A DNA stretch of 60,093 bases, the filler included, from Sphacelaria rigidula (taxonomy: Eukaryota), in NCBI GenBank assembly GCA_964200075.2. It is 5 parts of 5 records of this genome, joined end to end, with 100 filler letters (N's around TTAATTAATTAA, not from the genome) between each part and the next. Parts side by side here need not be neighbours in the genome. Positions count along the whole stretch, not along the records: positions 1 to 11,941 come from CAXNAA020004310.1; positions 12,042 to 23,980 come from CAXNAA020004311.1; 3 more parts are not named here. One strand, given 5' to 3'. Position numbers and translations under genes: made by a program. Positions 1 through 12,448 of the stretch are shown in pieces. A model generated the notes under the pieces. The model was given only the letters and a program-made list of their open reading frames with translations, was not told the DNA's origin and searched no databases. Positions within the stretch are counted from its first letter, which is position 1; every line of letters starts with the position of its first letter.

Positions 1-1289
1 CGCTCAGACGCCGACGCCGCTTCCGCCACCCTAGCCTCCGTCGCAGCCAACTGCCCCTTCAGTTCCTCCACTTCGTCACGAAGACGCCCGACCTCAGCAT
101 TTGCCTCGCCGGCGGCGCCCTCCGCAGCCGTCCCGGCCGCCACCGCATCCGACAACTGCCCCTGCAGCGCTGACACCTCCGCGGATTTCGCGTCCTGCAG
201 CTCCTCGAGCTTGGCGGAAAGGTCACCCACGGCCGCCGCCTTTGCCCCTTCCATTTCCGTGGCAGCAGCTTCGGCCGCTCGTGTGGTCTCCGACAGTTGA
301 CCCTCAAGTTGAGAAACGGTCTGCCTCGCCGTCGCAAGTTCTTCGTCCGTCGCGGCAGCGGCAGCGGCAGCGGCAGTCAATTCTTGTTCCTTGTCGCTCA
401 TCGCGGCAACGAGGCGGGCATTTTCGTCCTGGAGTCTTTCCTTCTCCGTCTGCGCCTCCTGCAACACCTCCAGCGCCCGCGCATCGCTGTCGGATGCGCG
501 TTCAGCCGCAGCTTGGTGCTCCGTCAAGGCGGTTTTTAGCGACGCCGTCAACGTCCGCAACTCGGTAACCTCTCTGTTCGCGGCCGCAACGGAGTCCTGT
601 GCTTCACTCAGCTGCGCCTGCAAGGTCGACACGTGCTCGGACTCCCCGCGAACGGCGCTGTCACGCTGGGCTTCACTTTGTGCTAAACGCTCCGCGAGTT
701 TGTGGGCCTCGGCGCGTGCTTGTTCCGCATCACCCCGCGCCGACGTCTCCGCCGCTTGTGATTCCGCCGCGATATCCGTTTGCTTCTTGAGATCCACTAG
801 CGTTTCCGACAGACGACCGGCGACATTGGTCGCCTCCTTTGACAGCGCATCATTCGCCTCTTGTACAGCCGAAATCTCCTGTTGCAATGCGGCTGCCCGC
901 TCCTCCATATTATTTTTTTCAAGCGCCAACTGCTTCGTCAGCCCGTCCGCATCTTTCTGCACCTCACTCTCTCGCGCCCTGGACTCCTCCAAAGCTTCGG
1001 ACAGTTCGGATGCGCTCCGACGGAGACTTTCGAGCTCGACCTGGAGCGCTTGCTCGGCTTCCCGGTGTTTAGCTCTTCCTGTCTCCAACTCTTTTATCCC
1101 AGACTCTCGCTCCCTAAGCGCCTCCTGGAGCTGCGCCTGCAGCTGCATCAATTGCTCACTGCCACCTTCGCTCGCTGTGGCGAGTTGATCTTCGAGTTCA
1201 GCAACGCGAGTTGCCGCCCGTTGCCCCTCTTCCCGGGAGGCAGCTGCCGACGCTTCGAGCTCCGCAGTGCGCACCTTCATGCGTTCCAT
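1..1289 (-). CDS. Golgin-like coiled-coil protein, exon 7 (runs off contig start; 3' end missing)
   Basis: Acceptor gcaAG at 1291-1290, then an open frame MERMKVRTAELEASAAAS... rich in E/A/L/R heptads to position 1. In phase 0 with the preceding exon. Confidence 0.85.
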   Translation of the reverse strand, partial: MERMKVRTAELEASAAASREEGQRAATRVAELEDQLATASEGGSEQLMQLQAQLQEALRERESGIKELETGRAKHREAEQALQVELESLRRSASELSEALEESRARESEVQKDADGLTKQLALEKNNMEERAAALQQEISAVQEANDALSKEATNVAGRLSETLVDLKKQTDIAAESQAAETSARGDAEQARAEAHKLAERLAQSEAQRDSAVRGESEHVSTLQAQLSEAQDSVAAANREVTELRTLTASLKTALTEHQAAAERASDSDARALEVLQEAQTEKERLQDENARLVAAMSDKEQELTAAAAAAAATDEELATARQTVSQLEGQLSETTRAAEAAATEMEGAKAAAVGDLSAKLEELQDAKSAEVSALQGQLSDAVAAGTAAEGAAGEANAEVGRLRDEVEELKGQLAATEARVAEAASASE

Positions 1290-2039
1290 CTTGCATTTGG
1301 CAACGAAGCAGAAGGGTGTATCAATCGGGAATGAGCGAGACGCAGCTCTGGCAAAGCAAAAAGGTGAATTTCGCACGTGCAAGAGGACAGAAAATTGAAG
1401 ATGTGTAGGGCATAAAACACCTTCACCAAACGTTGTCAGGTATCTCATATGTTCCAGAGAAGAATAGCCTCCCCATCGTGTCAGATATATCTTCAGTTTG
1501 AGCAGCATTTCCAGTGCGGTACATCTACGTGCCACCTTCAAGGACATTCTGGACCAGGCGCCGTTTTTTTCTTGTAACAGGTCCACATTACTACTACAAT
1601 ATGCAAAGCGATCCAGTGATATAATAATACACATGGGCTTGGGGGCAGCCCTTCTCTTTTCCCAGTGGTCCAATGGAACAGAAATAAGTACAACAGGAGT
1701 TCAGAACAATTTTCCATCCCATTCCCTGCAATTTTGGAACATTTCTCCTTAACTGCATTCCCAGGTCGTTTGTGATCGTTCGAAAACAGTCCCTCACACA
1801 CATGGTACTGAGTGTAATCCGAGGTGGCCGTACTGGTGACACTTACGTTTCGCCCGGTTGTCCTGGGGTGTTGGAGTTCCCGACCAGCGGATGGGCCACA
1901 TTTTCGGAGCACTTGCACGTTTGCTTGATTTCATTGGACCATTTTTACGAATGAGGGAAACATTTTTCGCGTATGCGTTCCTAGATGAAGTCCAAGGTCA
2001 CCAAGTTTGGGTGCATTTTTCTCTACCATTTATCATTTC

Positions 2040-2560
2040 CCGGGGGTTCCCGGCCATTATATATGCACCATATTCTCTGAACAATCTAACGTTTTCTTCA
2101 ATTTCTCACACCGTTTCCATGAACTGGAGGACCAAACTTCACACGCGTATTTCCGAAGGCAGGCCCGGGGTCGACATTGTTTGGTCCGTTAAGAGTTTCG
2201 GGCGGATAAGCCGATTTCTTTGCTCATCAGCTGCTGAGAACGCCCGGAAACCCCGATTCCTCGGAGCAAAGCTCACGTTTGCTCGATTTCTGACGCTACA
2301 TTCAAGAACTCGATGACCAAACTTCGCACACGTGTTCTCACGTGCAAGACCGACGTGGGAGGTGTTTGGTCGTTCGGAGTTTCAGGCGGATTAACCGATT
2401 TCTTCGGGTAATTTTCCGCCGGGGGGCACCCGGGCACCCCATATTCTCGGAAAAAAAGTACGCTTGCTCAATTTCTCGCGCCGGTTTAGAGAGTTTAGAT
2501 ATCAAATTTCACACATGTATTCTTCAACGTACGCCCGAGGTCGGGAGTGATTGACTATAT
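2040..2560. repeat. Degenerate ~185-bp tandem repeat in golgin intron 6
   Basis: ACCAAACTTC(A/G)CAC...GTTTGGTC...GAGTTTC.GGCGGAT.A.CCGATTT recurs at ~2131 and ~2316, and partially at ~2501. Confidence 0.6.
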
Positions 2561-3015
2561 TCATTCCTATCGGCCAGTTTCAACATTTCTTGAGGTCCCG
2601 TTTCCGCCGAAACCGTCGAGGACCCCAAGAAATCGTCGCAAGTGACCCGAGGGAGTAAAAACAAGCACTTGGAAACCTCGTGTGTACGTTGACGAACACA
2701 CGTTTGAAAAAAAAAGGTCCCTCGAATTAAAAAAAAACGGTGTGAGATCTAGCGATCTTCCCGGACCAGCCTGTATGAAGTACGAAGTGCTTACGCTATC
2801 TGTCGGACATGATATTAGACGTGCAGAAAAAATGACTTCGGAGAGACCGAGAAGGACGCGACAGAACAGATACGGACTGTACGGCCTCGGGTACGTGCGA
2901 TCACCCTGCACCGAAATACTCTCGTTGCACGACATGGATACAATCTAAAATCCCACGAGGTGCCAATGGACGACCACCACAAACGTTACATTCAGGGCAG
3001 CATCGACTGGCTCAC

Positions 3016-4083
3016 AAGCTCTTCCGTTTTGGCGTTTTCAGCAACCAGCTTCGACGTAGCCTTCCGTTCCGTCTCACGCGATATCTCCAGCTCCTTCGCC
3101 AGGTCTTGAATCCTCTCTTTCAAGCCCTGGTTTTCGGCCCGAAGCTCCTCCTGATGCCGTCCTGCCTCCTCGCGAGCAGTTGCTGCGGAGGCTCCACCGT
3201 CCGCGGAGCTCGGCAGAGCTTCAAGATCAGCAAGGCGCATCAACGCGTCGTTAAGCGAAGTCGTCGTGCTCTCCAGTGCCGCCTCTGCCTCCACACACCG
3301 GCTGTGCAGCGCTGCCTCCGTTTCTTTCGCCTCGGCAAGCTCCCGCACGGCATCAGCTAAGCGGTGGCCGCTGTCTGAAGAGGAACTAGCGGCGCTATCA
3401 GCTTCTTCATCGTGTCGTGACGCGTTCTCCACCGCGGCGCCTTGTCCTTGCGCCAGCAAACCCCGGTATTTTTGCAGGAGCTCGCTCAGATTAGAGGAGA
3501 GCTTGTCGTTGTCGGTCCTGCTCTTCGCGAGCTGCTTCCTGAGTTCTTCCGTCTCTTCTGCAGTAGTGCTGGCGCCAGAGCTAGCACCAGAGTCATCGTC
3601 GACGGCCACAGACTGTGCCCCTCGCACCTGCGCCCCCGCCTCTTGCTGCTGCTGCCGCTGCTCTAGCTGTGCTTTTTCCTCTTGCAAGTTGCGAAGGTGG
3701 GTTACCATCTGTTTGAACTTTTGCAGTAGCTTTGCGTGCTGGGCCTCCTTCTCCTCCAGAGCTTCTTTGTATCCCCTTTCTCGGGTATCCCAGTCCTCAC
3801 CGTGTGAGCTGCTCTTGCCCCGGCCCCCGCCCCCGCCCCCACTGCCGCCTACAACAACCGCCCTCTTCTCCGCATCATCCCTCGCTTGCGACACCTCTCG
3901 AAGTTTTTCCTGGAGTGCGGCGATCGTTGCGCCGAACGCAGGGTCGGCTCCACCGGCGTCACCACCGCCGCCACTGTTGTCTCCATCCGTGGCCGGTGTG
4001 ACCTGTTGTGTCCGAAGCTCTTCGACCTGCGCCTGCAGCCCCTTGATGGAGCCTTGAGCCTCACGGTACTTGCCAACCAAGGT
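3016..4083 (-). CDS. Golgin-like coiled-coil protein, exon 6
   Basis: Lies within ORF 2992..4110. Acceptor cAG at 4085-4084, donor GTGAGC at 3015. 1068 nt, phase 0/0, TLVGKYREAQ...KTEEL. Confidence 0.88.
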
Positions 4084-4580
4084 CTGTAAAGAAGACGAAT
4101 ATGGGAACATGGTGTGTCACATCACTCGTGGGGGAACACTGCGTGGATGTCGAGCGTTCAGTTCAACATTAAGGAGGCGCCGGTATAGGCACCGGGGTAT
4201 GCTGCAAAATTTGGGGGTTCCGTGGAAATGTTATGTTCGCGAGAACACACGCATCGCTGTTGTTCTTAATATTAGTGAGTCTCACATTAGCCCTTTTCCA
4301 GAAATCTAGCGGCAGTGGTCACGAGGTCATGACACAAAAAGACACAACAGAATAAAAAACAAATCAGATGTCCACGGACCGGAAAACACGGTGACCCGAA
4401 AAGCGTGGTTCTACATGCGTGCCACCGCATTTTTTTTTTTTAATTACGTACGGCTGAAAAGATCATACTAAAAAATAAATAAAGAAGAACGTCGGCTAAA
4501 TGGCACGTGGGCCATTGGACGCCAAAAAAGGCCAATGTAGGGAAACTACACAGCTCGGCATACCGAATAAGTCAGGACAG

Positions 4581-4624
4581 GGCAAGGCAAGGCAAGGCAA
4601 GGCAAGGCAAGACAAGGCAAGGCA
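4581..4624 (+). repeat. (GGCAA)n microsatellite
   Basis: About 9 units visible directly. Confidence 0.95.
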
Positions 4625-4869
4625 TCATATGCTCCTGCGAAGGCAGGAGCACAAATGCACCTGAGTATTTCTGCCTTGAAGCAACCAAACGCGTGTGATT
4701 TATACGTTCGGTAATTCCAAGCGATCTATAATGCATTGCACGGCTTCTGACCGTGATACCCGATGCACAGCGTATCAGCGAGGCAAGAAGCCGTCAGGAG
4801 AATGACACAAGTCACGAACAACCTAGACATCGTGAACATCTGAAACGGCGGTTCTGCGAGAACTCGCAC

Positions 4870-4942
4870 CTTCATTTTCTCCAGCAAGTTGGCATACTCC
4901 TCTGCGCTCTTCTGACCGCCATCAGCATTACCCTCCAGAGCT
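4870..4942 (-). CDS. Golgin-like coiled-coil protein, exon 5
   Basis: ccAG acceptor and GTGCGA donor. Encodes (R)ALEGNADGGQKSAEEYANLLEKMK; phase 2/0 fits both neighbours. Confidence 0.8.
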
Positions 4943-5416
4943 CTGGATCCGCATCAGATAAACAAACAGAGAATGCCTTGGGGTTTTTTTCGTGCGACAC
5001 CATAACGACATACCGTCGAAGCCAAACAAGACAACAAACAGAAAAAGTACCACTGGATAGACCGACAAACTCTTAACAAACTTGCCGATCGTCAAGCTTT
5101 ACCTTCTCTCTTTGCTATTCGTGAAAGTGTATATGTGCAAATGTTATGGACACTATTTTTAGAGAGAAAATGACCGAAATAGTGTGCCGTTCCTGGTCAT
5201 CATGGACCGAGAGCTACACCAGCTGCAAATTGCACCGCACCGCCTTATGGCCCAAGACACGTCCTGCAAGGGTATGCGGTCGCCTGTCTAGCCCAAGGTT
5301 AGTGGGGCAAGATTGATGATATCCCCTGCTCCTACTTCCCTCGTATTCATTTGCGAGCGACGTTGGCAAGCCCTGTGGCCAGCTTTTTCCGTGCAATGTA
5401 TCGCGTAGCCACTTAC

Positions 5417-5535
5417 CTAAACTTCTCCTGCAAAGCCGTGTATCGCTCGGCCATCTCCTTCGCGCTGTCCTGTGCTTGTCGGCGCTCTTCCATGAGGCGG
5501 TCGAAAGCAGCACCTCCGTCAGATCCAGACGTAGT
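5417..5535 (-). CDS. Golgin-like coiled-coil protein, exon 4
   Basis: tcAG acceptor and GTAAGT donor. Encodes TTSGSDGGAAFDRLMEERRQAQDSAKEMAERYTALQEKFR; phase 0/2. Confidence 0.85.
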
Positions 5536-5943
5536 CTGATGCATAAAAATAAATCGAAGGCGAAACAGACAGGAATCGTTGAATTAGTCTCCCACGGACT
5601 GGCATGTAGCACGGGAGGAAATGCGACAGCCCGTAACCAACCGGCAACATAGCTCACATATGGCAAGGCAAGCAGCATGATGAGACAATGGCATACGAAA
5701 AAAGGGAGGAATAACCTGCTTGCAGCTGTCATGCGAACTACGATGTGTCATGTGCGGGGGAGATACATCCGGTAACCTCGAGCAGTTAGGGTCGGGAGAC
5801 TTGAGTCAAGCTCCACACGTGAAGCAGCATACCCAGCACGCCTGTGAACCTGCAACAACATGTGTGCTGTATGCCATGCAGCGAAAACACACTACGCTGA
5901 GCTCCCCTGAAGCGAGGGGTGATGACGTGCTCCTACATTGCAC

Positions 5944-6015
5944 CTGGTTTAGCGCTCGTTTGAGCTCTTGCACAGTCTCCTGCATGTCGGTCTGCTCTTG
6001 AAAAGTACCGATGTA
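5944..6015 (-). CDS. Golgin-like coiled-coil protein, exon 3
   Basis: ttttcAG acceptor and GTGCAA donor. Encodes YIGTFQEQTDMQETVQELKRALNQ; phase 0/0. Confidence 0.8.
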
Positions 6016-6821
6016 CTGAAAATCGGACGGAAACACAAATGGCGCGAATAAAACCAAAGAACAAGGGCCGGCGGGAGACTCATCAAAAATCACGAAGACG
6101 AAACAGAACACAACAGTAACAGAAGGCTATAATCCTGCCTGTCCCACGCGTGAACAGGCATGGATAATTTGCGCCGCGAATACACCCTGTCGGCTATGAG
6201 TATCTTTCAGGTCAGCAGCAATCACCGTGTTTCATCGGGGTTTACACGCGTAAAACGCGACCAGAAGCGTAGCGAGGGAGCACCAGCCGCCGTCTGCCTG
6301 GGCGCAGAAGCTTCTCACCCGAAGTCTTTCGAGACATGGTGAGAGTAAAACAGAGGGTTCTCAATGCAGTAACGAGAAACGCGTTGCCATATCCCCATCC
6401 ATCCAACACAGTTTTCTGCTGACACAACAGGAACATAGGAGTAGCCATTCAAACGCTTCAACTTCTGCTAAAGGAGGTTTGTTCAGCTTTCTCGCAAACC
6501 ATTAATCATCGCGGGGGTTGTTGAATACCAAAAAGTGGGGGTGAAGAGACATCAGTACGCACAAGAAATTCCGGGAGGAGAATATTTTTCACGAGAGAGT
6601 AAAACCCCCACGAGACCACGTTTTCCCCCCATACTGCCCCGACAACGCAGTATCGGCAAGATTTTCCCACGAACGACCCGTCCCTTCTTTGAAGGTCTAG
6701 CGATCCCAGAATTCTCGAGTGGAGATGAAAAATAGATTCCAACATACAATGGAGTTTATAATTCATATGAATTGTGGCTACTGTACGTCTGTGTAGGCCA
6801 ACAAGCATTTTCTCTCACTCC

Positions 6822-7104
6822 ACTTTGAATCCCTCCCCTTCCTTGGGATGAGTCCGTGGTCTCAAGGGATCAACCCCTCTCTCCCAGGTACGCACCTTTC
6901 ATTTTGGTCTCGCGGATTGGGTCAGCACTCCCGTCCCGCGTCAACTCACGTCGAACAAACTTAGTCGACTACTTCGTTTTCTCACGTTCTCACGCTTTCC
7001 ACCGTGGAGATCATACATTACGAAGGAAAAACCCAACGCATCGGGAATTGAACCCCCGTTCTGTCCACCCTAACGGCGACAGTCGGACCATTACACCACC
7101 GGGG
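6822..7104 (-). mobile_element. tRNA-headed SINE, internally deleted copy
   Basis: On the minus strand: A-box TGGTGTAATGG and B-box GGTTCAATTCCC. The body is homologous to 58083-58465. Confidence 0.75.
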
Positions 7105-7139
7105 CGCGGCGGCATAAAAAACATAAATACAAGAGCCAC

Positions 7140-7342
7140 CTTTTGCTTCAGCTTGCCATATTCCTCCTCCACGATCTTCAGCCTCGAGGCCTGGTGTTTC
7201 ACCAGCACCATGAGCTCGTCTTGAGTGGCTGCTTGCAGAGACTTCTTGGTAGGAGTGCCTTTGGTAGGGGTACCGCCGCTGCCGCCACCCGCATCACTCG
7301 CACCGGCATCACTGCCGCCGCCCGTTATATCGGCCACGCCGC
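7140..7342 (-). CDS. Golgin-like coiled-coil protein, exon 2
   Basis: atAG acceptor and GTGGCT donor. Encodes GVADITGGG...GTPTKKSLQAATQDELMVLVKHQASRLKIVEEEYGKLKQK; phase 1/0. Confidence 0.8.
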
Positions 7343-8269
7343 CTATTCATGTACGATGATGGCGCAAGTAAACGTTGTTGCAGGGCCGGCCGTTTGGGGA
7401 TGCAAGGATGACGCCAAATGCGCCGGTGTATGTGTAGACACGCCTGCTCAAAACTTGGACTTCCATCCAACCAGTTTTTTTACAACACAGTGTAGCGTGA
7501 GCAGGTAGTAGAACACCACTTAAAACTTTGTCGTTGATGACCGCTTTTTTTACGCCATGCATCATTTGCCTCGCCGCCTGTATGGTAGTGTCGAGATTGG
7601 TAACTCCAGCGATGTCAATGTACTGTCGGTGGTGAACCAATACCAACCTGTCGCTGGTGTTCGTGCCCAACCTGTCCGCCCGAATGCTTCATCCTACGGT
7701 GATGAAGTCGCCTTCGAATACTTTTAGCATGTTTCTGGATGGTCCTACAGCTCCCATGTATCAACAACTCATGTCTGGTTGCATCAACTGGCACTCGTCT
7801 GTCATAAATACCGGAACCTCCGCTAAGGCTGGTTCGTTTATCCCTCCCTCCAACTGGAGAAAATCGGCCAACGCCGTACTAGATCTGTTAATGCCTAGGG
7901 ACAGTGTACAAGAGTGTGCTCTTTGTATCCCGGCGTTCGAAATCGAGAAAAAAAAAAAAAGGAATCCGTCCAGCATGACGCCCCTCAATTTCGGTTTGTC
8001 CTCACATGTTTTGAAAGTTTTTGTCGGAAGAACGACCACCGGTCGTACGCCATGAGCTGCACTGTCTGAGGTAATGTAGCAAAATGGCCTTGCACTGGCC
8101 ATACAGCGTCTACAACTGTCTGAAAGTTCACCCACTTCGTTACGCCGAGCTGTCGACCGTGATAGACGCCTCGAGGCTGCTAGTCTCGTAGGCAGCGTCA
8201 CTGCTAGTGTCATGTCATTCACACATGCTCCCAACCACACCGCAATCGCTCAACGACAGTTCGCAGCCA

Positions 8270-8640
8270 AGGGCTAGAGTAGTTTGTAGCTGAAAACAGG
8301 GGTTTTCGTGGTCGACGATTTTCAATAGTTTTTCGCATGCACCGCTCATCCAAGTCAACGCTTGGTCCCAGTTTCGGAAATCGAGAGATACTAGGCATGC
8401 GCTCCACATACCGAAACAATAGTCGTCTCTGCGCTCAATATTGAACGACTTACGGGCTGGGTTAACAGGGGGTGTTTTTGTGCTTGGTCCAAAACAACTT
8501 TTTTTTCGGCTCTGGTGCAATGGATCCGTAGAATTGAAAATAAGAGCCCAGGGCATACTCCTCAATTGGTGTTTTCAGGGCGATACAGAGTAAGTGCCTC
8601 GTTTATGGGGGGGTGCTATCGACCGTCACTGCGTGGAGAG
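8270..8640 (+). repeat. Dispersed repeat family copy (also at 34260-34455 + and 35530-35830 -)
   Basis: Shared core ACCGCTCATC...GATACTAGG...CTCTGC.CTCAA..TTGAACGACTT.CGGGCTG on different contigs. Confidence 0.7.
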
Positions 8641-9154
8641 AACTACAAAAGCTCGTTTTTGGTACGAGTATCATTGCAGGCAAACTGCAGAACCAACACC
8701 TGTACAAAAGATAGATAATGCAGCTGATAAAAGAACAAACCTCAGAGATACGAGAACAAAACTTGGACAGTAACGGTCGGACTAACAGCACTGAGTCCGG
8801 CACCCGCCTGACGTGAACACGGTGATATAAGACACTTCGCAAGGTGGTGCAGTGTTGGTGCAGTGCTCCAGCGACATCCACTTCTACATTTCCGAACCCT
8901 CTGACAACTATCTGACCGCACAGGTACCACATGCCTGCAACAAGCCTTCTGCGACCGCAGCGCCAATATCGAACCCAGACAGCAGAAGCCATCTGGCCAG
9001 TGACACGACATCACGTACACGCATACCTAGGCTGCAACACACGTACCCACATCGGACCATATCCTAGCTTCACGACAGCAACGTCAACCGTATCAGCCAT
9101 ACCATGCGGAAGGAGAACACTCACCTGCATCCGACAGACCATATGCCGGCTCAC

Positions 9155-9281
9155 CATTGGTAGATGTAGCATCGTGGCCGTCTGCCCCCTCTTCCGGGGG
9201 TATGAAAGCCGTAGAAACCTGCGAAAGCTGAGTCGCAGCCCGCTCCGCGCGGTCCTTGAGTCCCTTGGCCCACCCCTGCAT
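9155..9281 (-). CDS. Golgin-like coiled-coil protein, exon 1 (start codon)
   Basis: ATG at 9281, MQGWAKGLKDRAERAATQLSQVSTAF...TSTNG, donor GTGAGC at 9154. Phase 1 matches exon 2. The joined exons give ~980 uninterrupted codons. Confidence 0.75.
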
Positions 9282-9974
9282 TCGAGCAACCCTTAACCTC
9301 TACAGGGGAAGCTATGTGAGACCATCCTGTGAACTTTGTCTAGTTCTGGGTTAACCCCGCTCTTCAGACCCGTGATCAACCATGATGTCACACAGTGTAT
9401 GCTACAAAGAGGGCTCTAACCCTTCCCAAAGACAGCAGTTTCCTCATCCTCTATGAGATTGCCCGTATTCAATCTCAAATACAAGCCGTGGGCTCAGCAG
9501 TTAATCACATGTACCAATCTTTGCTGAATGCAACGACTCCGAACAGCCGCACAATACTGTAACATGTTACAAGTTGTGCGTAGCAAACTAAGATATGACA
9601 TTGTTTCCTAGGGGATCAGGAACGCGGGCTAGATTTACGTTGCAGTTGAGAGTGTTGATTACCTACGGATGGTGCGCAGTGACCTGTGCCTACTGTACTG
9701 CGTAAGCTTTTGGGTCCACAAGGCTGGTAATTTTTGCTTCTCCAGAGAGAAAAAGTACTGCTGTGGCGAAAAACGACGTGTGGATGGTGGGGCGAAAGAA
9801 AATGGAGCGAAAAATTTGAATTATTGCTCAGGCGAAAGGCAGTAGAGGCTGCTTTGGCGGCGAACCGTAGCATTGCGTCGTATTGTATCCCATCGCTCTG
9901 CCTTCCGCTACCGCAGTCGAAAGAGCGGTTCAATACCGCGGAAGACTGCGTCGAAGCTCACAACTCTCGGCGTC
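9282..9974. promoter_or_regulatory. Candidate bidirectional promoter / 5' UTR region between divergent genes
   Basis: Only 693 bp separates two divergent ATGs on the same contig. No specific motif was identified. Confidence 0.45.
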
Positions 9975-10028
9975 ATGTTCAGTCAATACCATGTTTTGGA
10001 GCGGATCGGGGAGGGATCGTTCGGAAAG
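9975..10028 (+). CDS. Ser/Thr protein kinase first exon, Fused/STK36/TIO-like (remainder not on this contig)
   Basis: MFSQYHVLERIGEGSFGK then donor GTGAAC. Contains the glycine-rich loop IGEGSFG, and the M-x-x-x-YHVL-E-x-IGEGSFG N-terminus resembles Fused-family kinases. Confidence 0.7.
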
Positions 10029-11941
10029 GTGAACACGTACAGTAGATCACGGCGTATAACACCCCCGAGTGATGGACGAACTCCCTCTATTCAACTTAGT
10101 TTCACCTCAAGTACGAGGTTGACGCCGCACACCTCCGAAATTTTTGCCAGTGGAAGGCTTTCGACAACATTTTTCTACAAGCAGGATCTGTTGCGAGTGC
10201 AGGGCCTCGCTCCTCGAGCGTATCCGGGTCCGGAAAGCTCATAATGTTATAACTACAAGATGGACGGCACCAAAGCACCCTTTTCCTACTGACTCTCTGA
10301 GGCGCTGGACTATTTTTCGTTATTTTTTCCTCGCTGACGTTCCACGTTAACCACGACGCTATAGCTGAGCACCGCAAGCGGTGTGCAAGCATCACCCCCA
10401 ACGACAACGGACCGGGCATCCCCTGGTACGCCAACTCTGATCCTCGTACAAACGTTGTGTTTCCGAAGTAGATTTCCTCCACTTTTTGTTAGAAGTGGGG
10501 GTATTTCATGACAATTCGGCGATTCCCGCAGTGAGCGATAAATATTGATAAGCTGTCAATCACAGAGCGGCAACTACCAGTCAACGGGCATGAATCGCCA
10601 CACCGTTTTTTCTACTAATTTTTCGAGGCCCGTTTATTAGGGACGTGTGTTGGTACCAATACATATTGGTCATCAACATATGGTGACCGGTGAAATCGGC
10701 GACACCAATACAGCATACCAATATATTTCCACCCATGCTAAGGTCACTAACCACCGGATGTACAAATGTTATTGGTGATGATGTGTAGCCAATCATCAGT
10801 TTGATTTGAGTCAGAAAATTCGCCCATGTACGTGAACAGTGGCCACAGCTTACCCCCAGAGGGAGACCAGTAGACCGCATACCAGGAGAACGAAGAACCT
10901 CCCCAGCACTGAAGCACCGTCTTCCAGCACCGGCAGTTCCGACAGCGAGACCGATAATACTGCTGTCGTGGTGAGCACTTGCCCAAATTCAACTACTGAC
11001 GCTGCCTGCGACTGGCGGTCCCCAAATTCGACACTCAACCCTCGGGCTGGTGGAGCATTTTGTTTTCAACAACGCATCGTTTCATCTTCCTCTTCAAATT
11101 ACGGTGTGTGTACTTTGCCGGCACACCTCAGTCAACCGTACTTCGCACAACGTGTTTGAGATGAAAAGAGAAGTGCTTTCCGCGGGTAAAGTTTGACTTA
11201 TGCACGTGAAATGATGAAGAATGAGCTCGATTTCAAGGAGAGGTTGAGCCAAAGTGCGTGTCTTCCCTTGCTTCGGCGGGGCTTCCTCTCCAGCCGGAAG
11301 GAGGGCGATTTGACTCGGGCTTACGCCCTCGCCTGGCGGCTGCGCCAACACGGGCTCACCCCCTCCCGCACACATCGAACAAAGAAAAACAAAGCAACAG
11401 GAAAGGCATTAGAAACCGCGCTCATGCGACGACCAAGTGACGTAGCAACGAATGGACCACATAATCACCTGTACCCCCCGCAGGGAGCGTGTTGAATTCG
11501 TTCCTTCCATGCCGAGGGCCCTCAACGTCTCCAGCGGATTTTTCCGAAAGCTCTCGCTGTAGACTTTCCAAAAATGTGAAGAAAAAAAAAGAAGAATGCG
11601 TCCAGGGCAATCCCGGGATCCCGTGAACAAATAATGCGAAATTGTTGCGGAAGCTAGAACGATGCTCGTGTCATAACATCGCGGTTGACTCTCGGGTATT
11701 CATTACATTTTTGAAAAGCCCCTGACCACAGCTTTTTCTGGCAAGGCCACTCACGACGTTTAGGGCCTTCGACAATGAGAAAAAAAAATCAAAGGTTCAC
11801 ACCCTACTCTGGAATCATCCCCCCCCCCACTAAAACCAAGTCAGACAAGAAAACATAGTTTTCTCTGTAGCACCTATGAACGACACTTTCTACGATAGCC
11901 CCCCCCCCAAAACCAGCTAAAAGCGTCCATGAAAAAATTAC

Positions 11942-12041
11942 NNNNNNNNNNNNNNNNNNNNNNNNNNNNNNNNNNNNNNNNNNNNTTAATTAATTAANNN
12001 NNNNNNNNNNNNNNNNNNNNNNNNNNNNNNNNNNNNNNNNN
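11942..12041. other. Artificial 100-bp contig linker (N44-TTAATTAATTAA-N44)
   Basis: N run with a six-frame stop linker. Confidence 0.97.
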
Positions 12042-12448
12042 TGGGCCCATATCTTATCGTTGATTAAATCCCACGTCTAGTAATTCCTATACCTAAGGGA
12101 GATAGCGCCAATACTAAAATCTCTATGAAACTCCCGATCGATGCGTTTAGCGGATGGCGACGAATAATTTTGGTGTGGAGAACCACCGAAGAGTGCCGAA
12201 TGAAATTTAATAATGGGACTTCCTTTTTTTTTTGGTCATAGAGGTTAGGGCGTTCTCGTGAAATTTGGTCATTACTATAGTAGAACGCCCTAAACCAGTG
12301 GAAAAAATTGAAAAAAATCAACTTGACCCACTTTGTTTTGTTGATTATGCCCTAGCCACACAAAGTTTCACTACACAAATACCAAACGTGGGCCGGTAAA
12401 TGGCCAGCAAAATACTGTTCCGAATTTCTTCTGACCCTGCCACTAAAC

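Noticed and set aside
391..1188. 265-aa plus-strand ORF (and 3266..4057, 263 aa)
   Set aside because: Ser/Ala-rich antisense shadows of the minus-strand coiled-coil exons.
7500..8220. Possible decayed TE coding sequence in golgin intron 1
   Set aside because: No diagnostic motif recognised in any frame.
11193..11495. Possible non-LTR retroelement remnant (CLPLLRRG)
   Set aside because: A single weak motif is not enough to call.
11986..11997. TTAATTAATTAA recurring every ~12 kb as a biological periodic motif
   Set aside because: It is always embedded in N runs, so it is an assembly linker.
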